A DNA stretch of 64,000 bases from Scenedesmus sp. PABB004. Lineage: Eukaryota. The position numbers and the translations under genes were made by a program. Where the stretch lies: the NCBI GenBank assembly GCA_014905635.1, contig JABVCE010000009.1:496001-560000 (forward strand). Direction: 5' to 3'. The stretch's first letter is position 1; the number at the start of each line of letters is the position of its first letter. Below the pieces are notes generated by a model. The model was not told the origin of the DNA. It searched no databases and saw only the letters and a program-made list of their open reading frames with translations. Shown piece after piece: positions 1-12,217 of this stretch.

Positions 1-3000
1 CAGCTGCGCTCCGTGGCAGAGGCGGCGACGCGCGAGCTGCATGCCAAGGTCGCGGACCGGGAGGCGCAGCTCGCGGCGCTCGCGGGCCGCCTCGCGGAGC
101 ACCAGGCCGCGTACCTCGCGCAGCACGCCAAGGACCGGGCGGAGATTGAGGCACTGAGCAACAAGCTCTTCGACAGCGGCGCCGCGAGCATCGCGGGTGC
201 GTGGCGGCGGGTGGCGTGTGTTTGGGTTGGTTGGCTGGTGTTCGAGGGGAGGGGCGCTGCGGCGCACGGCGCGTTGAGCCACTGTCGCCACCGCGGCGCG
301 CGTGCGCCGCAGGGCTCAAGGCGAACCTCTCGCGCACGACGGCGGCGCTCGCGGCGACGGGCAACGGCCGCGAGCAGGTGCGCGCGGTGGCGCGGCGTGC
401 CGTGCTGCGCACGCCTGTGCTGCTGCGCGCCGCCTGAGCCCCGCTGCCGCGCGCCCTCCGGCCGCAGCTGCCATACGAGCAGCTGCGCCTGCTGCTGGAG
501 GAGCGCTCCAGCGAGGCGGAGGTGCTGCGCAGCCGGCTGGAGCAGCGCGAGGCGAGCCTGGAGGTCATGCGCAAAAACTACGAGGCGCAGGTGCGCGGGC
601 AGGCCGGCAGGCAGGCAGGCGGGCCGCGGCTCCTGCGGTGTGTGCGTGCCGCGCTGGCGCCGGGCGACACGCGTGCCCGCGCCGCCCGCCTGCGCGCGCG
701 CGCGCGCGCGCGCGCGCTGCCAGGCTCAGCGCCAGGACGCGGAGGTGCAGCGCCTGACCGCCGCGCTCGCGGCGGCGCCGCGTGAGGACCCCAACGCGCC
801 CAGCGCGCGCCAGGCGCTGCACAAGCTCGCTGCCGAGGTGCGGGCGGTCCCTCCCGCGCGCGTCGTGGGCACGGGCCGGGGCTGCGCCGCCGCCGCCGGC
901 TCAGCTGCGCGTGCGCGCGCTTCGCAGGCGCGCCTCAAGGACGAGCGCCTGCGCCAGCTTCGCGCCGCGATCAAGGCCCTGGAGGGCAAGCTCTCCCAGC
1001 TGCTGAAGGACAAGACAGACCTGTGAGGCGCCCCGGCGCGGCGCGGCAGGGGCGCACCGGCTGCGCTGCGGCAGCTTGGCCACAACCCCCGTGCGCTTGC
1101 TCACCCTCGCAGCGTGATGCAGGCGAGCAGCTGGGTGGAGCAGGAGCACCTGGACGAGCGGCTCGCCGAGCTGGAGGCGCAAAAGGCGGAGCTCGCCGCG
1201 CAGCTCGCGGAGGCGCAGGCCGAGCTCGCGGCGGCGCGCGCCGCGGCGGCCGCACAGGACGCGGCACTGCGCAAGCAGCGCGAGCAGCTGCTGCACGAGC
1301 GCGAGGCCGCGGCGCGGCTGCGCGCGGCGCTGGCCAAGGAGCAGGGCCTGGTGTCCGCGCTGCGCGCCAAGGCGGCCAAGGTGCGGCGCCGGCAGGCTTT
1401 GGGGGGCGGGGGGCGGGGCGGGGCGGCCACCTGAGGCCGCCGAGCCGGCATCAACGCCGCGCGCGCGCTGCGCCGCGCGCAGGCCGCCGCCGACGCGCCG
1501 GCGGGCAGCCAGGAGGCGCTGGCGCTGCAGGTCGCGGCACTGCAGGGCCGCGTGGCCGAGCTGGAACTGGAGGTCCAGCGCCTGACCGCGCAGCTGCGCC
1601 GCCAGGCCGCGCTTGCAGAGCCCAGCGGCAAGGCGCCGCGCGGCGGCGAGGGCCTGCCGGCGGTGCGCATCGGCAAGGCCAGGCCCAGCCTGGGTGAGGG
1701 CGTGTCGTCGCCGGGCACGCCTGACATGGGCCCGCCCGCACCCGGCGGCGCCGCGCGGGGGCTGCCCAGCAGCGATGGCGGCGGCGGCAAGCCCAGCCGC
1801 CTGTCGAGCGCCACCGGCGCGGCGGGCAAGGCGGGGCCGGCGCCAGATGCCAGCCGGCCCGGCAGCCCAGGCGGGAGCGCCGCGGGCGCGCAGCCGAGCG
1901 CGGACGGCGGCGCGAGCGCCTCTGCCCCGGGCGGCGTGAGCTACGCGCCGCAGGCGTGGGAGGAGTCCAAGCAGCAGCAGGCGCGCATCGAGGCGCTCAG
2001 GTGCGCGCGCGCTGCGTGCTGCGCGCTGCGCGGTGGAGCACGGGCGCTGCGCATCACCGCCGCCCCCCGCCGCCGCGCCTCGCTGCCGGCCGCCGCCAGG
2101 CGCAAGCTGGCGAAGAAGAGCGAGGAGCTCGACGCCGCGACCAAGGAGTGCGAGCGTCGCGGCGCGCTCGTCGCGGCGCTGACCACCGACAAGGAGCGCG
2201 GCGCGGTCGCGCTCGCGGCGGCGACGGCCAAGCTGCGCCGGCTGAGCGCCGAGGCGGCGCCCGCTTCGCACGCCGCGCCGCGGGCGGACGCTTCCAAGCT
2301 GAAGGACTATGTGGAGCGCGTGCTGGCGCTCGAGGGCGAGCGCGATGAGCTGGCGCTGCAGCTGGAGGCGCTCAAGCAGCGGCAGGGCCAGCCACCGCAG
2401 CGGCCGGCAGTGGGGCAGGAGGACGATCTGCTGGAGCTGAGGTTGCAGAAGGAGCAGGCCGTGGCGGCCGCGGCGCGGCTCCGGCGGCAGCTCAGCGAGC
2501 TGTTTGACGCCGACGCGGGCGCCGACGTCGGGCCCACGAGCACCGACGGCGGCGGCGGCGGCCGGGCGGCCGGCCGTCGCTCCGGCTCGGGCGCGGGCGG
2601 CGGCGCGGGCAAGCTGGGCGCGCGCGAGGCGGAGCTGCTCTCCACGGTGGCCAACCTCAAGGCCGCGCTGGAGCGGGCGATGGCCTGCAGCACGCCCAAC
2701 TCGCGCTTCATGCAGGTGCGGCCCAGGAGGCCGCTCTGTGGGCGGCGTGCGGGCGGGGGCACAGCGGCGCGCCCTGACGCGCCGCCGGCGGGCGCCGCCG
2801 CTGCGCATGGCCGCCGCAGGAGGTGAAGCAGCGCAAGGCGGCGCAGCGCGAGGCGGCGCAGCTGCGCGGCGAGCTGGACAAGCTGCGCCCGCAGCTGGCG
2901 GCCGCGGACGCGCGCGTGGCGGAGCTGTTGGCGGCCAACGCGGAGCTGCGCGTTGCGCTGGCTGAGCTGCGCGGCGCGGCAGAGGAGCAGGCCGGCGGCG

Positions 3001-3486
3001 GCGCGGCGGGCTGGCAGCAGGGGGGCGGCGGCGGCGGCGGCAGCTTTGCGGCGCAGCTGCAGGCTGCGCTCGCTGCCAAGGACGCCGAGGCGGAGCGGCT
3101 GCGCGCGAGCCTGGCCGACATGGCGGCGCGCCTCGATGCAGCCACCGCGGCGGCAGGTGCGCGCCCGGCCGCGCCCGCCCTGCCCCGCCCGCCCCGCGCG
3201 CCGCGCGACACCGCGCGTGACCGCGCGCGCTGGCGCCGCCGCGCCCGCAGGCGGCGGCGGCGGCCCGGGGTCCGACGCGGACGCGGCGGGCGGCGCGCTG
3301 GCTGTGCTGCGCGAACGCCTCGCGGCGGTGGAGGGCGAGAACGCTGAGCTGCGGCGCGAGATCGAGGCCCTGGATCCGGCCTTCTTCGACGAGGTGGAGG
3401 ACCTGAAGCACAGCCACGCCCAGCTGAGCCAGACGTGCGCGGCGCAGGCGGCGCTGATCGCGCGGCTGCAGGCGAGCGGCGCATGA
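1..3486 (+). CDS. CEP290: CEP290-like transition-zone coiled-coil protein, 3' part (multi-exon, 5' end outside window)
   Basis: Spliced coiled-coil exons. The last exon ENAELRREIEALDPAFFDEVEDLKHSH resembles the CEP290 C-terminal signature FDPSFFEEIEDLK. Stop TGA at 3484-3486. Confidence 0.8.
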
Positions 3487-3835
3487 GCGCAGGCGCGTGC
3501 AAGGGGCAGGGCGCCGCTGCTGTGTTAACCGATTGCGCTGGTGGCAGTCACAGGGGTCAAGGTCCGGCAGCCGTCACAGCCCGCGGTCCGGGCCGCCGCG
3601 TGCGCACGCAGCACGTGTCGCAGCGGCGGCGAGGCGCGCCCCCCACACGTCGCCGTCGTCACGTCAGGCCGGCCAGCGGTCACGCACTCCCGTCAGCCCC
3701 TGCCGCCGTCGCAACGGGTCAGCGCCCGCCGCATGGGCCCCGCCCCGCCCGCACCGCCCCGCGACCTGCGCCAGGCCGCACGATCCCGCCGCCGCCCACC
3801 CGCAAAGGAGCGCCTCGCAAACCGCGTCGCGCCGC

Positions 3836-6800
3836 TCATATGCGGCCGAGCTGGCTGGCGAGCGCGCCCGCGTCCACCGTGCCGCCGGGCGCGAGCTTCT
3901 CGATGTTGTGGACGTTCCTCATGCTCTCCATCATCTGGTTCACCTGGGGGGCAATTGGGCAATGGCGACGTTCAAATTCGGGCTCGGACAGCTGCACACG
4001 CGCGGCGCGCGCGCGCGGCGCGGCGGCAACGAGCGGACGCTGCGCGGCGCGGCGCGGCGCGCGCCTTGTTGCGGTGCAGGCTGGCGGCCATGTTGGCGGC
4101 CTTGCGCTGCGCCTGGATGGCCTGGCGCTGCTCCAGCAGCGCCGCGGTCTTGTCGTTCTCGTCCATGATCTTCTCCAGCAGCAGCTGCCGCTGGTACGCC
4201 TGGCGGCGCCGCGCCGCGCCGCGCGGGCGAGCGAGGCGAGGCGCGTCGCGAGCGGCGCGGGCGCCCACGCCGCGCCGCGCGGTGCGCGAGCGCACGGCCG
4301 CGTGACGACGCCGGCGCCGGCGGCGACCGCGCACCTGCATCTTCTGGATGGAGTCCACCTTGTCGCGGCGCAGCGAGTCGAAGAGCTCGCGCTCGATGCG
4401 CTTGCGGTCGTTGGTCGCGCAGCGCTCCGCATTGACCAGGGCGAGCATGTGGTCCTTGCGCTCCGCGCGCTCCTGGATGTCCTGCAAAGCAGCGAGCGCC
4501 GCGCCGCGGCAGGGAATGGAGGGGGGGGGGGGGGGAGCGGCGGCGGTGGGCGGCAGCGCGGCGCGGCGCGGCGGTCAGCTGGACGCGCGGCGCGGCGCGG
4601 CGCGGCGCGAGGCAGGCGGCGCGCAGGCGGGCGCGCGGCGCCTGCACACGCGCGGCCGCTCCGCCTCCCGCGCCGCCGCCGCGCACCATCTTCCGCTCCT
4701 CCTCCCGCGCGAGGGCGAGCTGGTACTTGGCCGCGCGCTCCGCCTCCTTGGCGGCCTCGGCCTGGCGCTTGAGCTCGTCGGTGCGGCGCTGCTCCGCCTC
4801 GAGCTCCGCGCGCCGCGCCTCGCTCGCGGCCTCGCGGCGCTCAAAGTCGGTGCGCTTCTGGCGCAGGATGCTGCTGTTCATCTCCAGCGCCGCTGTCGGC
4901 GTGTGCGCGGCGTGTGCGCGCGGCACGACGGGGCGGCGTCAGGCCCCGCCGCGCGCGGCCGCGGGCGGACGTCGCGCGACGCATGGCCGCGCCGTGTCGC
5001 GCCGCGTGGCCGTGGCGCCGCACCCGCGATGCGCTCCTCGGCCTTCTTCTTCTTGGCCGCGTTGGCCGCCGCGCGCTCCTCTGCCTCGGTGGCCATGCGC
5101 GCGAGGCGCTCGCGGTCGCGCGCGTCCATGGCCGCCTGCGCGCGCGCAGCCGCGGCGGCGCCAAACGTCGGCGCCCGCCGCGCCCTGCGAGCGGAGGCGG
5201 AGCAACCGCCGTGCGTGGCGCTGCTCAAGGCCGCGCGTGCACACACACGCACCTTGCGCGCCGCGACCTCGGCCTCCTGCGCAGCGAGGATGCGGTCCGT
5301 CTCCCGCCGCGCCTCCTCGACCTTCTCCCGGCGCTCCATCTCCCTGCGCAACGCGCGTGCGCGCGTCGCGGGGCCGCGCTCGGCGGCGGCGCTGCGCGCG
5401 CGGCGCGGGTGCGGCAAGCAGGGGCTGCTGGCGCCTGCGCGGCGCCTGTGCGGCCTCACTTGAGGAATGCCTGCTTCTTGCGCGCGCGCGCCTCCTCCGC
5501 CTCCTTGCGCTGCATCTCACGCTCCCGCCGGTAGCTCTCCGACGCGAGCCGCCCCGCCTCGCGGTCGCGCTCCTGCTCCTCCGCCAGCTGCGGAAGGCGG
5601 CGCAGCGCGCGCAGCGCACCACGTGGGGCGCGGCGGCCTGGCGAGCGGAGCGGCCGCCGGCCGGCGCGGCGCGGCGCGCGCGCGACCCGCCCGCCCGCCC
5701 GCGCGGCGCGCGCGCGCACCTTTTGCAGCTCGCGCTCGCGCTGCGCGGCGGCCCAGGCCTTCTCGTGCTCCGCCTTTTGGCGCTGCAGCTCGGCCGCGCG
5801 CGCCTCGAGCGCGTCGATCTTCTTCTGCTGCTTCTCCAGCAGCGCCTTGCGCGTGATCTCGTATTGCAGCATCTGTCGTGTGGGCCGAGTGGCGGCGGCC
5901 AAGGGGCGGCGGCGGCGGCGGCGGCCGTGAAAGGGGAGCGGCGGCGCGGCGCGCGCGGCGGACGCCGGGAGGCGGCGGCGCGGCGCGCCACGCAGCACAG
6001 CGGCGCGCGGCGCGCGGTGGGGCGCGGGGGCGCAGCGGCGGCGCGCGGGCGCGCCGGGGGCGCGCCTGCTGGATGTCCCGCTCCTGGCGGCGCTTGAGGA
6101 CGTCGAGCTTGTGCTGCTCCTTGGCGATCATCGCGCTCGTGGCCTCGGGGTCGCCGCCGCCCGGCGCGCCGCCGGCGCGGCCGCCTGCGCCACCGCGCCG
6201 CCGGCGCGGTCGCAGGCGGCGCGAGCGCGTGAGGGGGGAGGGGGCAAGCCATGTGAGAGGGACGGCCGCCGCGCGCCGCGCACCGGCGCCGCCGCCGTGC
6301 GCGTGGTGCCCCGGCTCGCCGCCGCCGCCGCCGCTCTCCAGCAGCGCCTTGCGCTCCTCCATCAGGGACTTGATGCGCTCCTGGCGGGCGCGGACCGGGG
6401 CGCCGGGCGGCAGAGCGGCGGCGCGGCGGCGGGCGCTCGGGGCTTGGGGCTCGGGGCACACGCGCGGGCGGGCACGCCGGCGGCGGCCCCGTGCGCCCCC
6501 CGCGCCGCGGCGCGCTGCACACGGCGCGGCCGCACCTGGCGCAGCTGCTCGTGGTGCTGGAAGCGCAGCGCCGCCAGCTCCTCGCTCTCGCCGGCGCGCC
6601 GGAACGCCGACGCGGGGCGGAAGGCCAGCTCCAGCGGGTCCACGCCCAGGCGGAAGCACGCCTCGATGCTGCGCGGGCTCGTGGGGATGAGCGCGGCCGC
6701 CGCGGGCACCGCGCCGTCCGCGTCGGCGCCGGCTGCGGGCGCGGCGGGGTGGCGGCGCGCGTGGGCCAGGGGCGGCGGCGCGCGGGGGACGCTGCGCGCT

Positions 6801-7140
6801 GGCCGGCCGGCCTGTGCGGCGGCGGCGGCGGGGCGCTCGCCGTTGGCGCGCTCCGCGACATCCTGGATGGTGATTTTGGGCTTGACGCTGCTGCTGTTCT
6901 CGGTCTGCGCGCGCCGGGCGCCGCGGGGGCGCGAAGGGGGCGTGAGCGGCGCAGGCGCAGGCCTCGGCGCGACGCCCGCCGGCTCCGCGCCAGCTGCTGC
7001 GGCGGCCGCCCCGCCGCCGCCGGCCGGCGGCCTGCGGGCCACGGGGCTGCTCGCGCCCCAGCAGCCCCCGCGCGCCGCCGGACCTTCGCGCGCTGCAGCT
7101 GCGTCAGCCAGGCGCTCGCAGGCCGGTGCGGGCTGCTCAT
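3836..7140 (-). CDS. Long E/R/K-rich coiled-coil protein, possibly cilia/basal-body associated (multi-exon)
   Basis: ATG in gccacc context at 7140 (MSSPHRPASAWLTQLQRAK). Exons include IPTSPRSIEACFRLGVDPLEL, MLQYEITRKALLEKQQ and MQDIQERAERKDHML. Ends LASQLGRI* at 3836. Confidence 0.7.
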
Positions 7141-7537
7141 GGTGGCGCCTGCGGTCGCCGGCGAGCGGAGGCGCGTAAGGCCCGCGCGCGTCGCCGGGCG
7201 GCGCGCGCGCCGCCGCTGTTGCGCGCCCGCGCCGCACCGTGCGCTGCCGCCGGGGCGCGGCCGCCTGCTCGGGGGGCTGGTGCTGTTCCCACAGGCAGGC
7301 TCCGCAGCTCGGCGGGGCACGGCCGCTCGCGGGCGCGGCAGTCGCGAGGCCGAGCTCGCGGACCGGCGCGGGCTCTCGCGCTGCTTGCGGTGCTGACCGC
7401 GGCGTGCGCGCTCGCGAAGGGCGCGTTGTTGCGAGCGCGAGCTCCGGGCGCCGGCCCAGGCCCGGGAGGCCGCGGCTGTAGCGGCGTCGCGCCGCCCCCG
7501 GCTGCAGCAGCCCGGCGTCGTTCGCCGGCTGCAGCCC

Positions 7538-8044
7538 TTAGAGCCTCTCGAACATGTCCTTGATGCGCTGCTTGCGCGCGGCTTCGGCGGCGTCCGCCTC
7601 GGCCTTTTTCGCCGCCGCGCCGGCCTCGCGCCGGTCGATCGCGCCCTTCGCTTCGGCGAACGCCCTCGCCGCCGACAACAGCGACGCCGCGAGTGCCACC
7701 CCAACCAGCGCCCAGGCCACACCCGCCGCCAGCGCGTCGCCGCCGGCCGCGTCCGCCGCGCCCGCAGCGCCAGCGAGCGGAGGTCCCGCGAGCGACACCA
7801 CCGCCGCCGCCGCTGCTGCTGCCAGCGGCGCCGCGCCAGCCGCCGCCGCCCCTGCTCGCCGCGACTGTGTGCTCCTGCTGCTGCACGCTGTCTCGGACCT
7901 GGCTTCCGTGGCCACGCGGCCGTGCGGCGGCGGGCGCTGCGGGAGCGCGTTCGCTGCTGCTCGTTGCGGCGCCGCCGCGCGCCCGGCGGAGCTGTAGCGT
8001 GCGGATGGAGACCGCCAGCAGGGCTGCAACGCGCCTCCGGCCAT
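7538..8044 (-). CDS. Small single-exon protein with a transit-peptide-like N-terminus and one TM helix
   Basis: S/R/A-rich N-terminus, hydrophobic GVAWALVGVALAASLL, then charged tail RKQRIKDMFERL*. The start codon is uncertain. Confidence 0.55.
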   Translation of the reverse strand: MAGGALQPCWRSPSARYSSAGRAAAPQRAAANALPQRPPPHGRVATEARSETACSSRSTQSRRAGAAAAGAAPLAAAAAAAVVSLAGPPLAGAAGAADAAGGDALAAGVAWALVGVALAASLLSAARAFAEAKGAIDRREAGAAAKKAEADAAEAARKQRIKDMFERL

Positions 8045-8189
8045 CGCGCGGCTGTGCGGGCCCGCTGCTGCTGTCCGGGGCACGCGGACGGTGGGCGCTG
8101 CTGTCGGCGCCAGCAGCGGCCGCGGGAGGGCGGGTGGGACACGAAAGAGTCGCTCTTTGCGTTGCCACAGCCAGTGCTTTGCCCCCGAC

Positions 8190-10139
8190 CTACCCCCGTC
8201 GCGCGGGGCTCAGCAGCGCCGCTGGACCGCCGCCGCCGGGCGCGCGCCGCCGCCGCGCGCGCCCTTGCCCGCGGGCAACGCGCCGCCGAGGGGCCGCCGC
8301 GCGCGGCCGCCGCGGGCCGCGCTCCACGACGACGCGCGGCAGCGCCCCGGCCCCGGCGCCGCCGCCGCTGCCCCAGGTCGCGAGGCCGCCGAGGCGCGCC
8401 GGCGCCGGCCCGGGGTGCGGCTCGGGCACCGCGCCCTCGCGCTGCCGGGCCCACTCCTCCTCCTGCTCGGGCGCGCCGTCCGCGGCGCCCCAGCCCGCGC
8501 CCGCGTCCACGCCCTGGCCCCCGGGGACGGCGCGCGCGGCGCCGGGGCTCCTGCCGGCCGCCGCCGAGGCGGGGCGCCCCGCGGCGGCGGCCGCCGCCCC
8601 CGCGGCGTCGGCGCCCGCCTGCGCGTCGAGCTGCGCCGCGAGGCCCGCGCCGTGGCGCGCCGCGGCCTCGGCCAGGCCCTCGGCCGCGGCGGCCGCGCCG
8701 ACGCGGAGCGGCAGCGCGACGGGGAAGGGGTTGGCGCCGGCGGGCGGCGCGCCGCGGCGCATGAGCGTGACGGCCTCCAGGTTGATCGCCGTCACGCCTG
8801 GGCGCGCCGGCGGGCGCGCCGCGCCGCGGTCGGCGCGCGCCGAGTGCCGCGCTGTGCGTGCGCCGCGCCGCGCTGCGCCCTCGACGCGCGCGCACCGCGC
8901 ATGAAGGCTCGCTTGTACTCCTCCTCCAGCGCCGCCCGCGCCTCGGCCTCGCCCGCGAGCTGCGCCTGCAGCGCCTCGACCTCGGCCCTGCGCAGGGCGT
9001 GCGGCGGCGGGGCCGGCGGCGCGTGCGTGCGAGCGCGGAGGCAGCGGCGGCGTGCCCGAGCAGGCGGCCTGTGCACGCCGCCGCTGCGGCGGGCGGCTGC
9101 CGCCGGGGCTGAAGCCGACGACCGGCCCTTGCCCCGAGGGTGCGGCGCGCCCCGCACCTGAGCGCCGCGGCCGCCGCGTCGTGCGCCGCGCCCAGCGCCG
9201 CCACCTCAGAGGCGCGCTGCTGCGCCGCCCGGTCCGCCACGAGCTTGCGGTAGTTGCGCCGCGCGGCGCCCGCCCACCTGCGCCGAGCGCGCAGCGCGGC
9301 CGGTCGGCAACGGGCGCGCACGCTGCTGGCGCGGCGCCGCGGCACGCGTGCGTGTGCGCGCCCGCCCACCTGGCCCACGCGCGGCCGAGCAGCCAGCGGC
9401 GCACGTAGAAGTGCTGCGCGGCGAGCGCCTGGCGCGCGAGGCGGCGCTGGCGCGCGATGTGGGCACGCCAGATGAACCAGGCGGCCGCAAACGACCGCGC
9501 GTCGAGCGCCGCCTCGGCCTTGGCCGCGTAGCCGCCCGCCAGCCTGCGGGCGCGGCCGCGGCGGCGTCGGCAGCGCTGGGCCGCCGCCGCCGCCGCTGCC
9601 GTGGCAGGCCGGCAGCCCCCGCGCGCCGCACCTGGCCAGGCACGCGCTCCCGCGCTCCAGCTGCGCCTGCGCCGCCGCCAGCTCCGTCCTGACCAGCTCC
9701 GCCTCGGCCTGCGCGGTGGACGGCGTGGGCCCGTTCCTCGAGCTCGCGCGCGGCCGCCGCGCGGCGGCTGTCACAAACGGTGTGCGCACAAAATCGCACC
9801 GACCTGCTTCGCGGCCAGCCGGGTCGCGCCCACGCCGGCCTCCTCCGCCACCGCCTCCTCCAGCGACGCCAGCAGGCGCGCCTTGACGCCCAGCAGGTGC
9901 TCCTGCAGCGCGGCGGCGCGGCGGCGGCGCGTGTGCGTCGGCGCTGGGGCGCGCCGGCGCCGCACGCGTGCGGCCGTGCTGCCGCCGTACGGCGGCAGCG
10001 CGGCCGGCCGTCGTCGCGCCAGCGCTGGCTGCGCACCACCGCGTCCCGGGCCAGCGCCGCGCAGTGCACGTCGATGTGCGCCGTCAGCGCCTCGACGTCG
10101 GCGTCGGCTCGCATCCGCAGATGCAGTGCGCCCCGGGGC

Positions 10140-10170
<31 letters not shown>

Positions 10171-10405
10171 ACCACGGGCGCCGGCGCCAGCATCGCGCTG
10201 GGCGCGGTGGCGGGGGCGGGGGCGGTGGCGGGGGCGGGGGCGGCGGCGGCGGGGCGTCAGGGCCAGGGCCACGGCCCCGCTCGTCGGGCGGCGGCTGCGC
10301 GGCGGCGCACCCCGCCGGCGCATCATCAGGAGCGCTGTCGGGCGCCGTGGGCGCCGCGATCGCCGCGGCACCGTCTGCCAGGTCCGGGACTGCCAGTTCC
10401 GCCAT
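8190..10405 (-). CDS. POC5: Centrosomal protein POC5 homolog (multi-exon)
   Basis: Spliced LEEEYKRAFMRG|VTAINLEAVTLM matches the POC5 motif KKAFMRGVCALNLEA. Trp-containing Sfi1-like segments (SFAAWFIWRAH, LLGRAWARW) are present. Confidence 0.8.
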
Positions 10406-10594
10406 GGGCACGGCTGCCTCGCCGGTCAGGCAGGCGCAGGGCGGCTGCGGCAGAGCGGCGGCGCAGGCGGGGGTCGCCGCTGTCTTGGGTTCGCGCCGGC
10501 GGGGCCTGCGCTGGCCTGACGGATCGGCGTGGGGCGAAGGCGAAGCGAGCGGGCGATGGTGACGCGCGTCGCTGCCCCTTGCTGCCAAAAAACC

Positions 10595-10752
10595 GGTGCC
10601 TCGTAGCTCCGGCATGGAGCTCGCCGTCGCGTCGCGTTGACCGAACCAACAGCCGCGGGCGCGCGTGGCTTCGGCATGGACCCCTCTCTGGCGCCCGCAG
10701 TCGGCCCGCCCCACGCCAGCGGCGTAGGTGCCTCGTAGCCCCGGCATGGAGC
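10595..10752 (+). repeat. Dispersed direct repeat ggtgcctcgtagcYccggcatggagc (two copies plus a partial third)
   Basis: 10595-10620 and 10727-10752 match at 25/26 positions. A partial copy gcttcggcatgga lies at about 10668-10680. Confidence 0.85.
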
Positions 10753-11261
10753 GCGGCGGCGCTGGCGGCCCGCGCGGCAGCGACAGCCGCGACCGCCTGC
10801 CGGAGCCGCAGGCGCGCCGCAGGCGCAGGCCGCAGGCGCAGGCGCGGTCCTCTGCGCAACCCGTGCGCACCCCGTGGCACCCGTCCACGCGCGCCGCCGC
10901 CGCCGCCCCGCTGCCGCCGCCGCCGCCGGCGCTGCCGCTGCCGCCGCTGCCGGCGCCCGCCGCCGCCCAGGGCTACGTGGCGTCGGCCGTCGCCCTGGTG
11001 CTCGCCGCCGCCGCGCGCGGTCGACGACTCCCGGCCGCGCCCCGCTCGCCCGGCGACGGGCCGTGGCCGCCGCGCCCGGCCGCGGTGCGCTCGCCCGCCG
11101 CACCGGCGGCCGCGCCGCTGGCGCCGCGCGTGGCGGAGCCGATCGAGCACGCGCTGCAGCGCGCGTCCGACTACAGCGCCAGCCCGGCCGCCGCCGTGGC
11201 GCACTCGGCGATGCAGGAGGCGCGGCTCGAGGCGGCGACGGCGCAGCGCCTCGCGCCGTGA
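10746..11261 (+). CDS. Small Pro/Ala-rich hypothetical protein
   Basis: ATG at 10746 opens a frame ending EPIEHALQRASDYSASPAAAVAHSAMQEARLEAATAQRLAP*. It is divergent from POC5, and I recognise no domain. Confidence 0.4.
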   Translation: MERGGAGGPRGSDSRDRLPEPQARRRRRPQAQARSSAQPVRTPWHPSTRAAAAAPLPPPPPALPLPPLPAPAAAQGYVASAVALVLAAAARGRRLPAAPRSPGDGPWPPRPAAVRSPAAPAAAPLAPRVAEPIEHALQRASDYSASPAAAVAHSAMQEARLEAATAQRLAP

Positions 11262-11292
11262 GGCAGTGAGGCCAGCAGTTGCTTGCAGTTGC

Positions 11293-11297
11293 TTACA
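11293..11297 (-). promoter_or_regulatory. Putative chlorophyte polyadenylation signal UGUAA (probably for cyclin L)
   Basis: TTACA on + reads TGTAA on -. It sits in an AT-richer intergenic stretch about 920 nt downstream of the cyclin L stop. Confidence 0.4.
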
Positions 11298-12217
11298 TAC
11301 ATACACGCCGCGGTCCTTGCGCAGGAGCGAGCGCCGTCCGTGAGTGTCGGCAGTGTTGGGTTGAGGTCGGTCAACGGTCAAGGCCCCCCCGACCGGCGTC
11401 GCACGTTCCAGCGCTCGCCCGGGCGAGCGAACGGGCCCGTTCCAGCCACGCCGCCGCCAACGGTCACACACGGCCACGCCCCCTGCTGCCGCTGCCCCAG
11501 CGCCACCGGTGCGCGCCGCTCCAGCGCGCCCGAGCAGCTCCGCCTGCGAGCGTGGCGGCAGCGGCGGGTGAGGCGCGCAGCGGCCGAGCGGGCAGCGGAG
11601 GGGTTGGGAGGGGGAGCATCCTTCAAACACCGCAGCACACGCGCGCACGCAACCAGCGCTCGCCCTCAGCTTGTGTTCAGTTCAACAGTTCCAGCGCTGA
11701 ATTCGCTGGCTTCGAGCACAGCGTATATTTGTTGTTTAAGGCATCACCGGGCGCAGCTGGGCCGCCGCAGCACACACAGCACGCCGCACACAGCACGACA
11801 GCAGGCAGGTCAGCACGCCCAGCCACGCGCGTCGACCGCAGCCCTCCGCGCTCCCGCCGCCGCCGCCGCCCTTGCCGCCGCCGGCGCCTCCCCGCAGGCC
11901 AGCCATTGGAAGGACCGGCGCGGGCGGCAACCTAGCAACGGGGACGCGCAGCGGCGCGCTCAGTGCGGGCCCCGCAACGGCGCGCCGCGGCGGGCCGCAG
12001 AGGGCGCGAGGGCTGCAGCGCCAACGCATGCGCGGCGCGCCCGGACAGCAGCCGATCACAAACGGCCTCTGCCCCCACAACCCCAAATCACGCTCGGCCT
12101 GCGCCCACAGGCGCCGCTCACACGTCGCGGGCACCCACAGCCAGGCGCGGCCCACGCCAGGCCAAGCGACCCACCTGGGTGCGAGCAGTCAGCGCCAGGG
12201 CGATGTCGCCCAGCGCG

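Noticed and set aside
4939..9789. 1616-aa ORF and the many other long R/A/G/P-rich ORFs in the track (e.g. 901-3417, 35241-39155, 42411-44573)
   Set aside because: Stop codons are scarce at this GC content. These frames cross introns and gene boundaries and carry no coherent domains.
10595..10752. CRISPR-like repeat-spacer array
   Set aside because: Only two full copies and one partial copy, irregular spacing, a eukaryotic context and no cas genes.
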